DNA of 64,000 bases. It comes from an uncultured virus (IMG/VR IMGVR_UViG_3300048598_000595) (lineage: Duplodnaviria > Heunggongvirae > Uroviricota > Caudoviricetes). Below are positions 38,058-47,168 of this stretch, in pieces. How positions within the stretch are numbered: the stretch's first letter is position 1; every line of letters starts with the position of its first letter. The position numbers and the translations under genes were made by a program. The DNA is taken from IMG/VR virus record IMGVR_UViG_3300048598_000595, one strand, 5' to 3'. The notes beneath the pieces were generated by a model. That model saw only the letters and a program-made list of their open reading frames with translations, had not been told where the DNA came from and made no database searches.

Positions 38058-38872
38058 TTCGCAAACCAGGCTTTAAATAGTGTTACTATCCACCGCCAAA
38101 TAGAAAGTTGAAATTCGTCATATTCCCCTAAATCACATGTTTTGCATGGTTTTGCAGTAATCTCTTTCGCAGAATGCTTACAAATAGCACAGGTTCTTTT
38201 TTTCATGGTTATCCTCCTTATGATTCAAAATAAATAAATTTCCCAAGTTCTCCATCATTTACACTTACTTCCACAATAGTTATATCTAAACGGCTTGCGC
38301 CGGTTATTTTCAAATTGGCGGCCAGGGCCTTCAGCTATCGCAAGCAGCCCCCACCGGTCCCTCCCCCTAGTGCGATATTCCGTATGGCGCTTTTAAGATA
38401 ATTTTCGCTCGACCTTCGCAAACTATCTATAAACACCACCCGCCAACTTGCGGCCGGTTTCCCCATCCGGCCGAATCTATACATCAACCTGAGTTGCATT
38501 TTTTTGAAGGGACAATCTGATTTTAAAACCCGGGGGTCAGACCCCCTGCCGGGCCCCCGGGTGATTCGTTGAAATTCAGGGATGGTTACTCCCCGGAATC
38601 AGGATGATCCGGAATGTTGGCCGGGGTTGTCGCGGCTCCCGGTTCGGTCAGCTCCACCGGAGCCTCTTGCGTGGTTGGTTCGTTTCCAAAATCAGTCATT
38701 GTTTTACCTCCTAAAATTTGTTTTTTGTAGGGATACGCTTGGGGACTAGTTTGTCATTTTGGTAATCACCTTCCTTATAATTCAACTGGCGGGATTTTAG
38801 TTTGGCCTGAAAAAATACATCATATTTTTGGAGAAACATGATCGCGCGTTACCCCGCCATTACAATCCCAAT

Positions 38873-39310
38873 CTATTTTTTGACCAATCCCCGGGTATGA
38901 TCACCCGCAGAATGTTCTTTGGAATATTTTGAAGCAATATAAGCTTTACAATCAATACAAAACTTCAAACCTCGATGCTGTATGTCTGGAGGAACTGGCG
39001 ATAAACTTGGTTTTGATGGCTCTGATTTTTTCGATTCGGAAACAATCGGCGTCGACAAAACAGATACCGGGGTGGATATATTTGTTTTTGATTTCTCATG
39101 ATCATCCGGTTTGGACATTTCATCAATTTCATCAAATAGCTTTACATCGTAAGTACTTTGTATCAATGAATCATTTGGATCAATCGACGATAGAGAAGCG
39201 ATAATGCTTTTATATCCACCAATGATTACTTGTAATTGATCAATGATCAGGTCCGTTTGAGGTGCTTCATTTTGGATTTTTTTCAAATCTTCTTCATTAA
39301 TTTTCAACAA
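38873..39310 (-). CDS. Hypothetical protein with C-terminal Cys/His finger
   Basis: CIDC...H...H. Confidence 0.45.
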   Translation of the reverse strand: MLKINEEDLKKIQNEAPQTDLIIDQLQVIIGGYKSIIASLSSIDPNDSLIQSTYDVKLFDEIDEMSKPDDHEKSKTNISTPVSVLSTPIVSESKKSEPSKPSLSPVPPDIQHRGLKFCIDCKAYIASKYSKEHSAGDHTRGLVKK

Positions 39311-39420
39311 GCGATAATACCGTCGTAAAAGGGGCGTCGTCCCTGGTGAATCACAAATCGTAAAAGCGCCGTTTGATTAAATTGAATTTTTTTACTCATT
39401 CTAAACCTACTTTCTTTTAG

Positions 39421-39487
39421 CCGCGAGGGCCGGATTCGAACCGGCGGTCTGGGGCTTTTGTATTCCCCAAATCCTCCACGCCCCGCA
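39421..39487 (-). ncRNA. tRNA-like element lacking a D-stem
   Basis: 7-bp acceptor-like stem, canonical T-arm gccgg-TTCGAAT-ccggc, 5-bp stem with 10-nt loop, no CCA. Confidence 0.45.
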
Positions 39488-39499
39488 ATGTATTAAATT

Positions 39500-39787
39500 T
39501 TAGATTTCATCATCCGGATATCGAATCATTTCAAAATCGTACAGCAAATGATCGGTGAATTGTTGCCAGCGGGACCGATAGCCATCCAGATATTCGATAT
39601 CATAAACAAGCTGTTTCATCCCCCAGAGCGCGGAGGTATAAAAACTTTTTTGCAAATCAAAATGGTGGCGCTGGCGTTTGTTGATGCTTTGTAACAGTAT
39701 CCCCTTAAACTCCATACATTTCTTTTGAAATGACGCTTCCAGCGCTTCGTAGCTCACCTGCTTCGGCATGTCAACCCCTCTTTTCAA
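39500..39787 (-). CDS. Hypothetical protein
   Basis: ORF with RBS in the early operon. Confidence 0.5.
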   Translation of the reverse strand: MKRGVDMPKQVSYEALEASFQKKCMEFKGILLQSINKRQRHHFDLQKSFYTSALWGMKQLVYDIEYLDGYRSRWQQFTDHLLYDFEMIRYPDDEI

Positions 39788-40130
39788 TCCAAAAATATTC
39801 GTCGCCCATGATATTTCCGCCGGCCGGATCGGGATTGTGGACGAGTACCCCGCAGGTATGTATTACCGAATGACGGATGTTCTTAGAATTGTAACCTTGG
39901 GGAAAATAGTACTGGACATGCATTGGCCGTGCGGTACCCCAAAAGAGTTGATAACCGTTTTGCTTTAGAAATGATATGACTATATCAAGCCATTTATCAT
40001 TGGCGAAATCAATCTCGGGTATCATGTCAAAGGGCAAGTCCATAACGGATGCAATACAAGCCCGAAAACTATTCCCTGGGTCCACTTTGGTATTGGTAAT
40101 ATCCTGATATACTGGAGTCAAATATTTCAC
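39771..40130 (-). CDS. Paralog of 28925-29281 with the putative catalytic Cys replaced by Ser
   Basis: GNSFRACIASVMDL...HSVI...VHNP. Confidence 0.6.
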   Translation of the reverse strand: MKYLTPVYQDITNTKVDPGNSFRACIASVMDLPFDMIPEIDFANDKWLDIVISFLKQNGYQLFWGTARPMHVQYYFPQGYNSKNIRHSVIHTCGVLVHNPDPAGGNIMGDEYFWIEKRG

Positions 40131-40378
40131 CCCCGAAACTTAATCACACAAGCCGTACATAATTTTTTAATGGTTTTACCGGCCGAAATCTTTGCCGGTA
40201 CCGGGACTTCCCAACAAGCTTGACCACAATTTGGACAATGGACTTCTTTTCCACCTGCGAATTTTTCACGGATGTTTTTTTGTAGAGGCATACATATAAG
40301 ACGGGTTCCATCGTCTACGTCTAGATCTTTGAAAACAAAACCGGTTTCTTTGTCGAACCCCATCTTTGCATCACTCAT
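40127..40378 (-). CDS. Zinc-finger protein
   Basis: CMP...CPNCGQACW...CTAC. Confidence 0.6.
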   Translation of the reverse strand: MSDAKMGFDKETGFVFKDLDVDDGTRLICMPLQKNIREKFAGGKEVHCPNCGQACWEVPVPAKISAGKTIKKLCTACVIKFRG

Positions 40379-40504
40379 GCGCCGACCCCCTTTTAAATTT
40401 TATGGTTCCTACTCTGGACATCGCCCTCGTGTTTGCCTCCCCCGACAAACACGGATTTCCGAACAAGGGATGTCCAGGGTGGGAGTCATAAAACTCCCGA
40501 TAGT

Positions 40505-40786
40505 TTACTGACGAATGACGACTCGAATACAGCATTCGGTACACATCCTGGATAAGGCTTTATAACCTTCCGGTATAGGCTTGTCCCAACATTCTCTGCC
40601 GCAAACTGGACAAACAGCGTCTTTCCATCCGGGTTTCCCTTCCGGTATATTTATTTTCATAGGCATACATAAAACTTGATGTCCGGATGGTGGTCCTTCG
40701 TATAGCCATCCGGTGCGAAAGTCCAAAGTAAGTTCGGTGACATTCCTGATGTGGCGTTTTGCAAACATTCGTTCAGCCTCCTTCAA
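40505..40786 (-). CDS. Zinc-finger protein, paralog of 40127-40378
   Basis: CMP...CPVCGRECW...CTEC. Confidence 0.6.
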   Translation of the reverse strand: MKEAERMFAKRHIRNVTELTLDFRTGWLYEGPPSGHQVLCMPMKINIPEGKPGWKDAVCPVCGRECWDKPIPEGYKALSRMCTECCIRVVIRQ

Positions 40787-40944
40787 TTGGTTTGAACCAC
40801 CGGCATCGGCGCCGGGATAACCCAGCGAAAACTTTGGGTGAACAATTTACTTTGCATACTTTTTGGTCCCGGCTGATAAAGGCGCACTGGGGGCAATGGC
40901 CGGGGTGAAATTTCTTCGAGTTTAAGGAAGTCAACATTAACTCT

Positions 40945-41283
40945 TTATTCTTTCATGTTTTCAAGCTTAAAATTGAAAAAGGATGATAGTATTCCGTTTT
41001 CTAGTTTATAGCGATAAAAAACAACTTTAGTGGCATCTCCTTGAATATCATAAAAAACAAAACTTTTGGCGACAATTTTCCAATCAGGTAATCTTTCCCG
41101 AACATATGCACAAATAATTAAACTATTAGTTTCAGTCAATTGGGTTGTTACTCTGGACAACCCAATTAATGAAAAACCTCGCTGCATAGACCAACCGACT
41201 TCGTTGAATTCCTGATCTTCAAAAACATATTCATGTTTAGGGTCCTCTTTTGTGGCCGTGAAAATGATTTGTTCAGTCCACAT
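40945..41283 (-). CDS. Hypothetical protein
   Basis: Early operon ORF. Confidence 0.5.
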   Translation of the reverse strand: MWTEQIIFTATKEDPKHEYVFEDQEFNEVGWSMQRGFSLIGLSRVTTQLTETNSLIICAYVRERLPDWKIVAKSFVFYDIQGDATKVVFYRYKLENGILSSFFNFKLENMKE

Positions 41284-41458
41284 GCGGATCAGTTCCTTTC
41301 GATTGATTTTCTGTTATTTCTCGTTCCATGTGATTGTATAAAAGATTGATTAACGGTTTATGGTTAATTTTTTCTTCCGACTTGGTTATTTTATAGTTGA
41401 TGATCTCACCAGTTTTACGGTCAATTTTGATCGAATGTACATACGGCAAGTCAATCAC
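41273..41458 (-). CDS. Small hypothetical protein after cro (candidate RDF)
   Basis: Position; IKIDRKTGEI motif. Confidence 0.4.
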   Translation of the reverse strand: MIDLPYVHSIKIDRKTGEIINYKITKSEEKINHKPLINLLYNHMEREITENQSKGTDPHVD

Positions 41459-41490
41459 TCCTTCACATTACGTTCGTTACCGTTCGGAAG

Positions 41491-41706
41491 TCATCCAGAT
41501 AAAATAAAAAGCTTATCAATTGGTTCTTCGGGAAATGCTTTCATTAGTGCCGCAATGGTTTTAGGGCTTCCACCTCGTTTCCCAGATAGCAATCTGCTAA
41601 TCGTAGCAGGCGTTAAATCGGCTTTTATAGCGAGTTGATGTTGAGTCCATTCGTTTTTTGATAATAGTTCTCGGATATATTCACTGTTCGGAATCAAAAT
41701 ATACAC
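41491..41706 (-). CDS. Cro-like XRE HTH regulator
   Basis: WTQHQLAIKADLTPATISRLLSGKR; divergent from the repressor. Confidence 0.85.
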   Translation of the reverse strand: MYILIPNSEYIRELLSKNEWTQHQLAIKADLTPATISRLLSGKRGGSPKTIAALMKAFPEEPIDKLFILSG

Positions 41707-41724
41707 CTCTTTACGATACGTCTA

Positions 41725-41826
41725 TTTCCGTTCGGTAATTCCAAATTCAGTATAACATTTTTAATTACCGTTTGTCAAGAAATATGTTGCAAAAGCATTG
41801 CCAAATGGTAATACTTTTTATATAAT
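41725..41826. promoter_or_regulatory. Genetic switch: divergent promoters with 14-bp operators (TTACCGNNCGGTAA-like)
   Basis: Leftward TTGACA(41778-41773)-18-TATACT; rightward TTGCCA(41798)-17-TATAAT(41821); operators at 41725, 41765, 41798 and also 41477. Confidence 0.75.
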
Positions 41827-41870
41827 GTTAACAAATATAACCGATGTTTTTTTAGTAGGAGGATAATTCG

Positions 41871-42275
41871 ATGGAGAATATTAGTATAGGTGAGTTTATA
41901 CGAAATAAGCGGACGGAAAAAGATCTCGGCCAAAAAGAATTGGCTAGGCTTGCAAATATAAGTACCGTTGAGTTATGGCGAATTGAAACAGGTGATAGAA
42001 AGAAAGTATCTCCTTCTATCTTAAAGGCACTCGCTCCACATATGGGTGTTTCATATGAAGAATTAATGAAAATAGCCGGATATATACCAGATGATTTTGC
42101 TTTTAATATCACCTATATCGATGAAGAGGAAATGCCGGAATATTACATTAAAGCAATTGGACTATTGCGTATGGCATATGATAATTTAAATCAAGCCGAA
42201 TTTGAAACTATGATGGAATTGATAAAAACATATATACAGACTATTGCAGATGTTAAAAAGGGAGAAAAATCATGA
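41871..42275 (+). CDS. CI-like XRE repressor
   Basis: IGEFIRNKR..LGQKELARLANIS...IETGDR...LMKIAGY. Confidence 0.88.
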   Translation: MENISIGEFIRNKRTEKDLGQKELARLANISTVELWRIETGDRKKVSPSILKALAPHMGVSYEELMKIAGYIPDDFAFNITYIDEEEMPEYYIKAIGLLRMAYDNLNQAEFETMMELIKTYIQTIADVKKGEKS

Positions 42276-43981
42276 AAGCCATAGCATATGCTAGATTTTC
42301 ATCAGATAATCAGCGCGAAGAATCTATTGACGCACAATTAAGAGCTATTCGTGAATATGCGGATAATAAAGGTGTTATAGTAATTAAAGAATATATTGAT
42401 GAAGCCCGATCGGCAACTACCGATAATAGGCCTTTGTTTTTACAAATGTTTGAGGATATATCGTCCGGCAGAATTGAAGCCGATTTTTGTTATGTCCACA
42501 AATTAGATCGTTTTGCTCGTAATCGCTATGATTCCGCTATTTATAAGCGTAAATTAACTAATCATAATATGTGTCTAGTAGCTGTCGCCCAACCGTTGGA
42601 TGATTCCCCGGAGTCAATCATCCTTGAATCAATGCTTGAAGCTATGAATGAATATTATTCGAAAAACCTTGCCCGGGAAGTCATGAAGGGGATGCGTGAA
42701 AATGCATATAAAGGACTTCACACTGGTGGTAAACCTCCGCTTGGTTATGACGTAGGCCCTGATAAAAAATTGATTATTAATCAATCGGAGGCCGATGCAG
42801 TAAGAATTATCTTCGATATGTATTTATCTGGTGAATCCTACCCTAAAATAATTATTCATTTAACTCAAGCTGGATATACTACCAAAACCGGTAAACAATT
42901 TCAGAAGACTTCAGTTTATGAAATTTTACGTAATGAAAAATATACAGGAATCTATATTTTTAATAAAGCTGTATCAGCTAAAAACGGTAAACGTAATAAC
43001 CATGCTAAAAAAGACGCCGAACAAATAATTAAAGCTGATGGCGTTATCCCGGCCATTATAACTTCTGAACAATTTGAAGCTGCTCAAAAAATTATGGAAA
43101 AACGCAAACAGGCCCCGGCAGCTGCCAAGGCTAAAGAAGTATATTTACTTACGGGGCTGATTTATTGTGGAAAATGCAACGGTGTTATGGTTGGCAACCG
43201 AGCCAAACAGGGGCGAAATAAGCAAATATATGCTTATTATGAATGCAATAATAAAAAACGTTTAAAAACGTGCGACGCTAAAACTGTTAACAAAGAATAT
43301 ATTGAAAGTTTTGTTGTAAAATGGCTTTTAAAGGCTATTTTTAGTGATGAAGGAATTACCCAACTAGTGAAGATGCTTAAAGAAAAAAACAATGAGATTG
43401 TGCAGCAAAGACAAGCTGAGATTAAATATGCTCGGAATGAATTGAGAGTTGTTGAGGATAAAATACAAAATATAATTAAAGCCATATCCGATGGCATGTA
43501 TAATCCATCTATGAAAGATGCATTATCGGAACTAGAGCAACAGAAAGAAATATTATCTAATACAATCCATAGTTCTATAAAAAAGGTCGAAAACCAATTA
43601 ACAGAATCAATGATTCAAAAGTATCTCGAAAAAGACAAAAATAGTTTCCTTTTGAATAATATTCAGGCCTGTAAAAATATAATTAGTAGCTATGTTAAAA
43701 AAGTCACTATCTTAGATGGTTTTATTGATAGTGAATTTGGTTTGGATTTAGATGGTGGAGGCGGAGCGTGCCTAACCTTAGAAACGTCCGGTAGGAGACC
43801 AACACTTCCCGCTAAAGTTAACCCGGACAACCGGCGAAATGCAAAGCTCACGGAAGAACAGGTGCAATATATCCGTGAGCATCGGTCAGATAGCTTGACA
43901 TCGTTATGTAAAAAATATAATGTTTCTAAAGCCCAAATCTGTAGGATATGGAATGGAGAACGGTGGAAAAAACTAAAATAA
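42272..43981 (+). CDS. int: Large serine integrase; last 71 aa encoded beyond the att junction
   Basis: AYARFSSDNQ catalytic Ser, KLDRFAR, PPLGY, zinc ribbon CGKC...C...C, coiled coil. Confidence 0.95.
   Translation: MKAIAYARFSSDNQREESIDAQLRAIREYADNKGVIVIKEYIDEARSATTDNRPLFLQMFEDISSGRIEADFCYVHKLDRFARNRYDSAIYKRKLTNHNMCLVAVAQPLDDSPESIILESMLEAMNEYYSKNLAREVMKGMRENAYKGLHTGGKPPLGYDVGPDKKLIINQSEADAVRIIFDMYLSGESYPKIIIHLTQAGYTTKTGKQFQKTSVYEILRNEKYTGIYIFNKAVSAKNGKRNNHAKKDAEQIIKADGVIPAIITSEQFEAAQKIMEKRKQAPAAAKAKEVYLLTGLIYCGKCNGVMVGNRAKQGRNKQIYAYYECNNKKRLKTCDAKTVNKEYIESFVVKWLLKAIFSDEGITQLVKMLKEKNNEIVQQRQAEIKYARNELRVVEDKIQNIIKAISDGMYNPSMKDALSELEQQKEILSNTIHSSIKKVENQLTESMIQKYLEKDKNSFLLNNIQACKNIISSYVKKVTILDGFIDSEFGLDLDGGGGACLTLETSGRRPTLPAKVNPDNRRNAKLTEEQVQYIREHRSDSLTSLCKKYNVSKAQICRIWNGERWKKLK
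43753..43771 (+). repeat. Junction att site between prophage 1 and prophage 2, inside int
   Basis: tggtggaggcggagcgtgc encodes GGGGAC. Confidence 0.85.
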
Positions 43982-44263
43982 TCCCAATTGCCCCGAAAAC
44001 TCTTGAAAAACTTCTGGTTCTTTCGGATTTTCCTTTAAATTAATCAATTTAAATCCGTTTCCATAACAATCCTTAGCAAAACCAATCAAATCATCTAAAT
44101 ATAATGGATTTATCTCCCACACCGCCCAGTCGTTTTTCCCTTTTTCTAAAAAGCGCACTTCTTTGACAATTACCCGGAACCAATCGTCAAAGCCGATGTG
44201 GGGAGAGTGAATAAATGTCGGCCATTGGTTACCATCTCGGATGGTTATAGTGCATTCACCCAT
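43973..44263 (-). CDS. Single HARP-like domain protein with clamp-binding tail
   Basis: MGECTITI resembles MAECRITI of 34335-35345; ends QLGLF. Confidence 0.5.
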   Translation of the reverse strand: MGECTITIRDGNQWPTFIHSPHIGFDDWFRVIVKEVRFLEKGKNDWAVWEINPLYLDDLIGFAKDCYGNGFKLINLKENPKEPEVFQEFSGQLGLF

Positions 44264-44267
44264 AATA

Positions 44268-44597
44268 TCACTCTCCTAATCTTTTAAAAGCATTGTTAAT
44301 ATCACAACGAATGCCTATATCACAACCATGTCCGCATTTATCGCAAAACCCAATTTTTATAAGTTCTTTTAGTTCCGCGATGGTTTTATTGTGATTATTC
44401 ATAAAAGGTTCTTTTGATATAAATGTTTCACATTGCCCATTTTTAGTTATTACTATATCTAACGGCTCTCTACTAATAGTCAGGATAGCCTTACATCCGG
44501 AAATTAAAACAACTCCACTTTGAAATTGTGTAATTTCCGGGTCATCATTGAATATACAATCTTGATTTCTACAAGTGACTTTTATTGGATTAATCAC
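44268..44597 (-). CDS. Cys-rich hypothetical protein
   Basis: Multiple Cys motifs; coupled ORF. Confidence 0.45.
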   Translation of the reverse strand: MINPIKVTCRNQDCIFNDDPEITQFQSGVVLISGCKAILTISREPLDIVITKNGQCETFISKEPFMNNHNKTIAELKELIKIGFCDKCGHGCDIGIRCDINNAFKRLGE

Positions 44598-44830
44598 TTT
44601 TCAACTTCCTTCCTGGCCGCGCTGACCTCAAACGTTATCGATTGGTCCGGCCCGGCGCTTTTTATTTCATTAGCAGATGGAAACAATTCAACCTTTAATA
44701 TTCGATTTACAAATTCCGACTTTCCCCCCCGGTCGCTCCCCTTGAACATCCGGTCTAGCTTATCAACTATGTCCTTATCGACTGTAACGGACAGTTTTTC
44801 TTTTGTCCCTGTTCCTTTTTGACGCGGCAT
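44594..44830 (-). CDS. Ribbon-helix-helix (CopG-like) regulator
   Basis: KLSVTVDKDIVDKLD...KSEFVNRIL. Confidence 0.75.
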   Translation of the reverse strand: MPRQKGTGTKEKLSVTVDKDIVDKLDRMFKGSDRGGKSEFVNRILKVELFPSANEIKSAGPDQSITFEVSAARKEVEK

Positions 44831-44973
44831 GTTTATCCTCCTTAAAAGTTTAGGGGTATTTTAGCTGGCCTTTTGATGCTTTTTACCGCGGGCCTGGTCG
44901 CCGGCGGAGCTGCTGAAGCTAAATTAAAATACCTGCTAAAACACCATAAGTAAATTTATTCCTTTTTGCATTT

Positions 44974-46008
44974 TTACCCGATACCTGTTAGGGTATCTAA
45001 AAAGCCCTTACTGTAATTGCTTTTAAGAAATTGCAGTACTTCATCTTTTGAGAAATTACAAACAGATCCGCCTTGACGCTTATTGATTACGGCAACATCC
45101 CCAATATGTAATTCATCTAAATACTTCCGATATTCTAAGCACCGTTCTATTGGTATTCCCGTCTTTTTCGATATTGCTGACTCCCCGTTTAGTTTGGCAG
45201 AAAAGTCACTAAAAAGCGCTTCTGTAAATTCCAAAAGCTCTTTTATTCGACTCAAGGAATCATTTAAAAGCGCTTTTTCGGGTTGCGTTGTATCTGGAGA
45301 AGTGCTTTTTTTTGCTTCCCAATCTAAACCATCCAAGGAAATCTTCCATGGAAACATGAGTGGAGCCGAAAATATCAGCAACAAAAGCGCCGATGACATC
45401 GATATTTTAAACCATTTAGCCTCAATTCCGGTATTAAAATTCAGGTCAGCAAATACGCTTTTTGAAACAATTTTTGAAGTTTTTGAGACGGCATTTAGCT
45501 TGACCTCTAATTTTTTCCGCTGGTCCTCCAATGCCTTGATTTCGTCCTCAAACTGGTTGTACTTTCTGCCGCGCCCATGGTCCTTAAACTCCAAATTCCT
45601 CTGTTCTTTCTTTGCCCGAATATCATTACGAATATCGGTCAAATCAGTGTTCACATTAGTTTGTATATCGGAAGTTTGCTGGTACATTTGCTCCTCCATA
45701 TCGACCTTGGACACAATCACACCGAAAGCTGAAATGAATTCGAAAATAACTATATAAATGATAACGATAAACCACAACCCCACCGCCTTCCACCTGTCCC
45801 ACTTCCATTTTCTCTTCCTATACGCCGCCGCCCGGCCCCGGAGGTACTGGGCGAATAGTCCGGCGAAGATTGCCCCGGATCCGGCGTATATCTTAAAAAG
45901 CGGATCAGACGAAAGTTGGAGCATTGTGTGAAACGTGGCCGAAATGCAGAGGACCAGGGCAAAAATGTGGATGAAGTAATGCTTAAGGATAGGCCAAAGC
46001 TTTTTCAA
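44974..46008 (-). CDS. Multi-pass membrane protein with coiled coil and C-terminal wHTH-like domain
   Basis: Three N-terminal TM segments, coil, fourth TM segment, C-terminal helical domain. Confidence 0.6.
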   Translation of the reverse strand: MKKLWPILKHYFIHIFALVLCISATFHTMLQLSSDPLFKIYAGSGAIFAGLFAQYLRGRAAAYRKRKWKWDRWKAVGLWFIVIIYIVIFEFISAFGVIVSKVDMEEQMYQQTSDIQTNVNTDLTDIRNDIRAKKEQRNLEFKDHGRGRKYNQFEDEIKALEDQRKKLEVKLNAVSKTSKIVSKSVFADLNFNTGIEAKWFKISMSSALLLLIFSAPLMFPWKISLDGLDWEAKKSTSPDTTQPEKALLNDSLSRIKELLEFTEALFSDFSAKLNGESAISKKTGIPIERCLEYRKYLDELHIGDVAVINKRQGGSVCNFSKDEVLQFLKSNYSKGFLDTLTGIG

Positions 46009-46513
46009 AAAAATCGCCTCTTTTATCTAGAATAATCAATTTTCTTTTTTTAGTTATGCCACAAACCTGCCACCCGGAGCATTTAAAACAATATCCTGGA
46101 TTTGTTGATTTAATTTTATAAGCATCAACATACGTATAAAGTCTTTCTCCCGGCCACCGTTCCCAAGCATACCTTTCGGCTTCTAAAATTAACTCGCTAG
46201 AAAGTGTGTCGCTTTCATTCCTAAATATTGCACAATTAACTCCGGACTGATTATCCATTGGTTTAAACTTTCTCCATACGAATAAAGCACGCCCATCTTT
46301 GGTAATTAAAACTATCTTTTCTCCTGGACCGCAAAACCTATTATGTATGCGCCCATCACGATAATGATAATATGAGTAATGACGCTTAAAAAGCTCCATT
46401 GCATATAAATCACCATCTTTAATTTGTATCCAATGGCCGGTTAATTCTTCAAAAGGCAATGCTTGCCGATAATACATTATTGTATTGGAAAACAAATAAT
46501 AATAAAAAAGCAT
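45983..46513 (-). CDS. Mom-like GNAT DNA-modification protein
   Basis: RHYS...NCAIFRNE...LYTYVD...NPGYCFKCSGW. Confidence 0.6.
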   Translation of the reverse strand: MLFYYYLFSNTIMYYRQALPFEELTGHWIQIKDGDLYAMELFKRHYSYYHYRDGRIHNRFCGPGEKIVLITKDGRALFVWRKFKPMDNQSGVNCAIFRNESDTLSSELILEAERYAWERWPGERLYTYVDAYKIKSTNPGYCFKCSGWQVCGITKKRKLIILDKRGDFFEKALAYP

Positions 46514-46692
46514 AAGACATTTACGGTTAAAGTTTTTTCTATCATCGGATTATAATCCCGAATTTAATATTTGACATTTCCTGCTCCCTCCGTATCTAAT
46601 AAATTATATTTATCCTACAAATATATTTTAATAGGCGCGTCCATAATTTCCAATAGTCAATTTTACCGATTTCCTCTTTCCTCCCACAAAAT

Positions 46693-46721
46693 AAAAAAAG
46701 ACCTCCCCCGGAGGGAGAGGT
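46693..46721 (-). terminator. Intrinsic terminator of the prophage 2 lysis operon
   Basis: acctctccc-tccg-ggggaggt stem followed by T7 on the minus strand. Confidence 0.7.
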
Positions 46722-46737
46722 AAAGGAGGATTTGGGC

Positions 46738-47166
46738 TTATAAAAAAGCGGCCATAATTGCGACCAATACAGCTAAGTTCCTTTGTATTTTTAGATTACG
46801 GATCTGCCTCTGGTAACTGGATGATAATTTTTGTAACTCTGTCAACGATTCCTTGGCATTCGTTAAGGCCGTCAATAACTCCGTTAAATCCTGCTCTGAT
46901 TCCATCAATGATTTTTCGAGATTCGTTATAGTTTGCTTCGAGTCTTCGATAATCTGCCTTGATTCTTGAAGTTTCATTGATAGCTCCGTTATAGAGCTTT
47001 TGCAACTCTGCAATTCTTTGAATTGAAGCTGAATTTTGTTTTGTAAGGTCTGCAATAATTGTATCGCTTCGGTTCGTTGTAATTCTGTCATTTCGTAGTT
47101 GGACGCCCAAACCGGCAATAACAATAAGCAGAGCAATAATAAAACCGACATAAATTTTATGCACAC
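46738..47166 (-). CDS. Spanin-like protein (signal peptide, coil, C-terminal anchor)
   Basis: Homolog of 1698-2126, also 142 aa. Confidence 0.6.
   Translation of the reverse strand: MCIKFMSVLLLLCLLLLPVWASNYEMTELQRTEAIQLLQTLQNKIQLQFKELQSCKSSITELSMKLQESRQIIEDSKQTITNLEKSLMESEQDLTELLTALTNAKESLTELQKLSSSYQRQIRNLKIQRNLAVLVAIMAAFL
46796..47164 (-). CDS. i-spanin-like nested protein
   Basis: Homolog of 1756-2124, also 122 aa. Confidence 0.6.
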   Translation of the reverse strand: MHKIYVGFIIALLIVIAGLGVQLRNDRITTNRSDTIIADLTKQNSASIQRIAELQKLYNGAINETSRIKADYRRLEANYNESRKIIDGIRAGFNGVIDGLNECQGIVDRVTKIIIQLPEADP

Positions 47167-47168
47167 TT

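Larger units (their letters stand above)
1268..43771. mobile_element. Prophage 1, apparently complete temperate podovirus (BPP-1/epsilon15-like head-tail genes) with serine integrase
   Basis: Full module set (lysis, tail, head, packaging, replication, switch, integrase) between two copies of tggtggaggcgg(g/a)gcgtgc. Confidence 0.9.

Noticed and set aside
39421..39487. Functional decoding or suppressor tRNA
   Set aside because: No D-stem, a 10-nt anticodon loop and no CCA.
45083..45757. 224-aa plus-strand ORF (and many similar short antisense ORFs)
   Set aside because: Mirror frames of real minus-strand genes.
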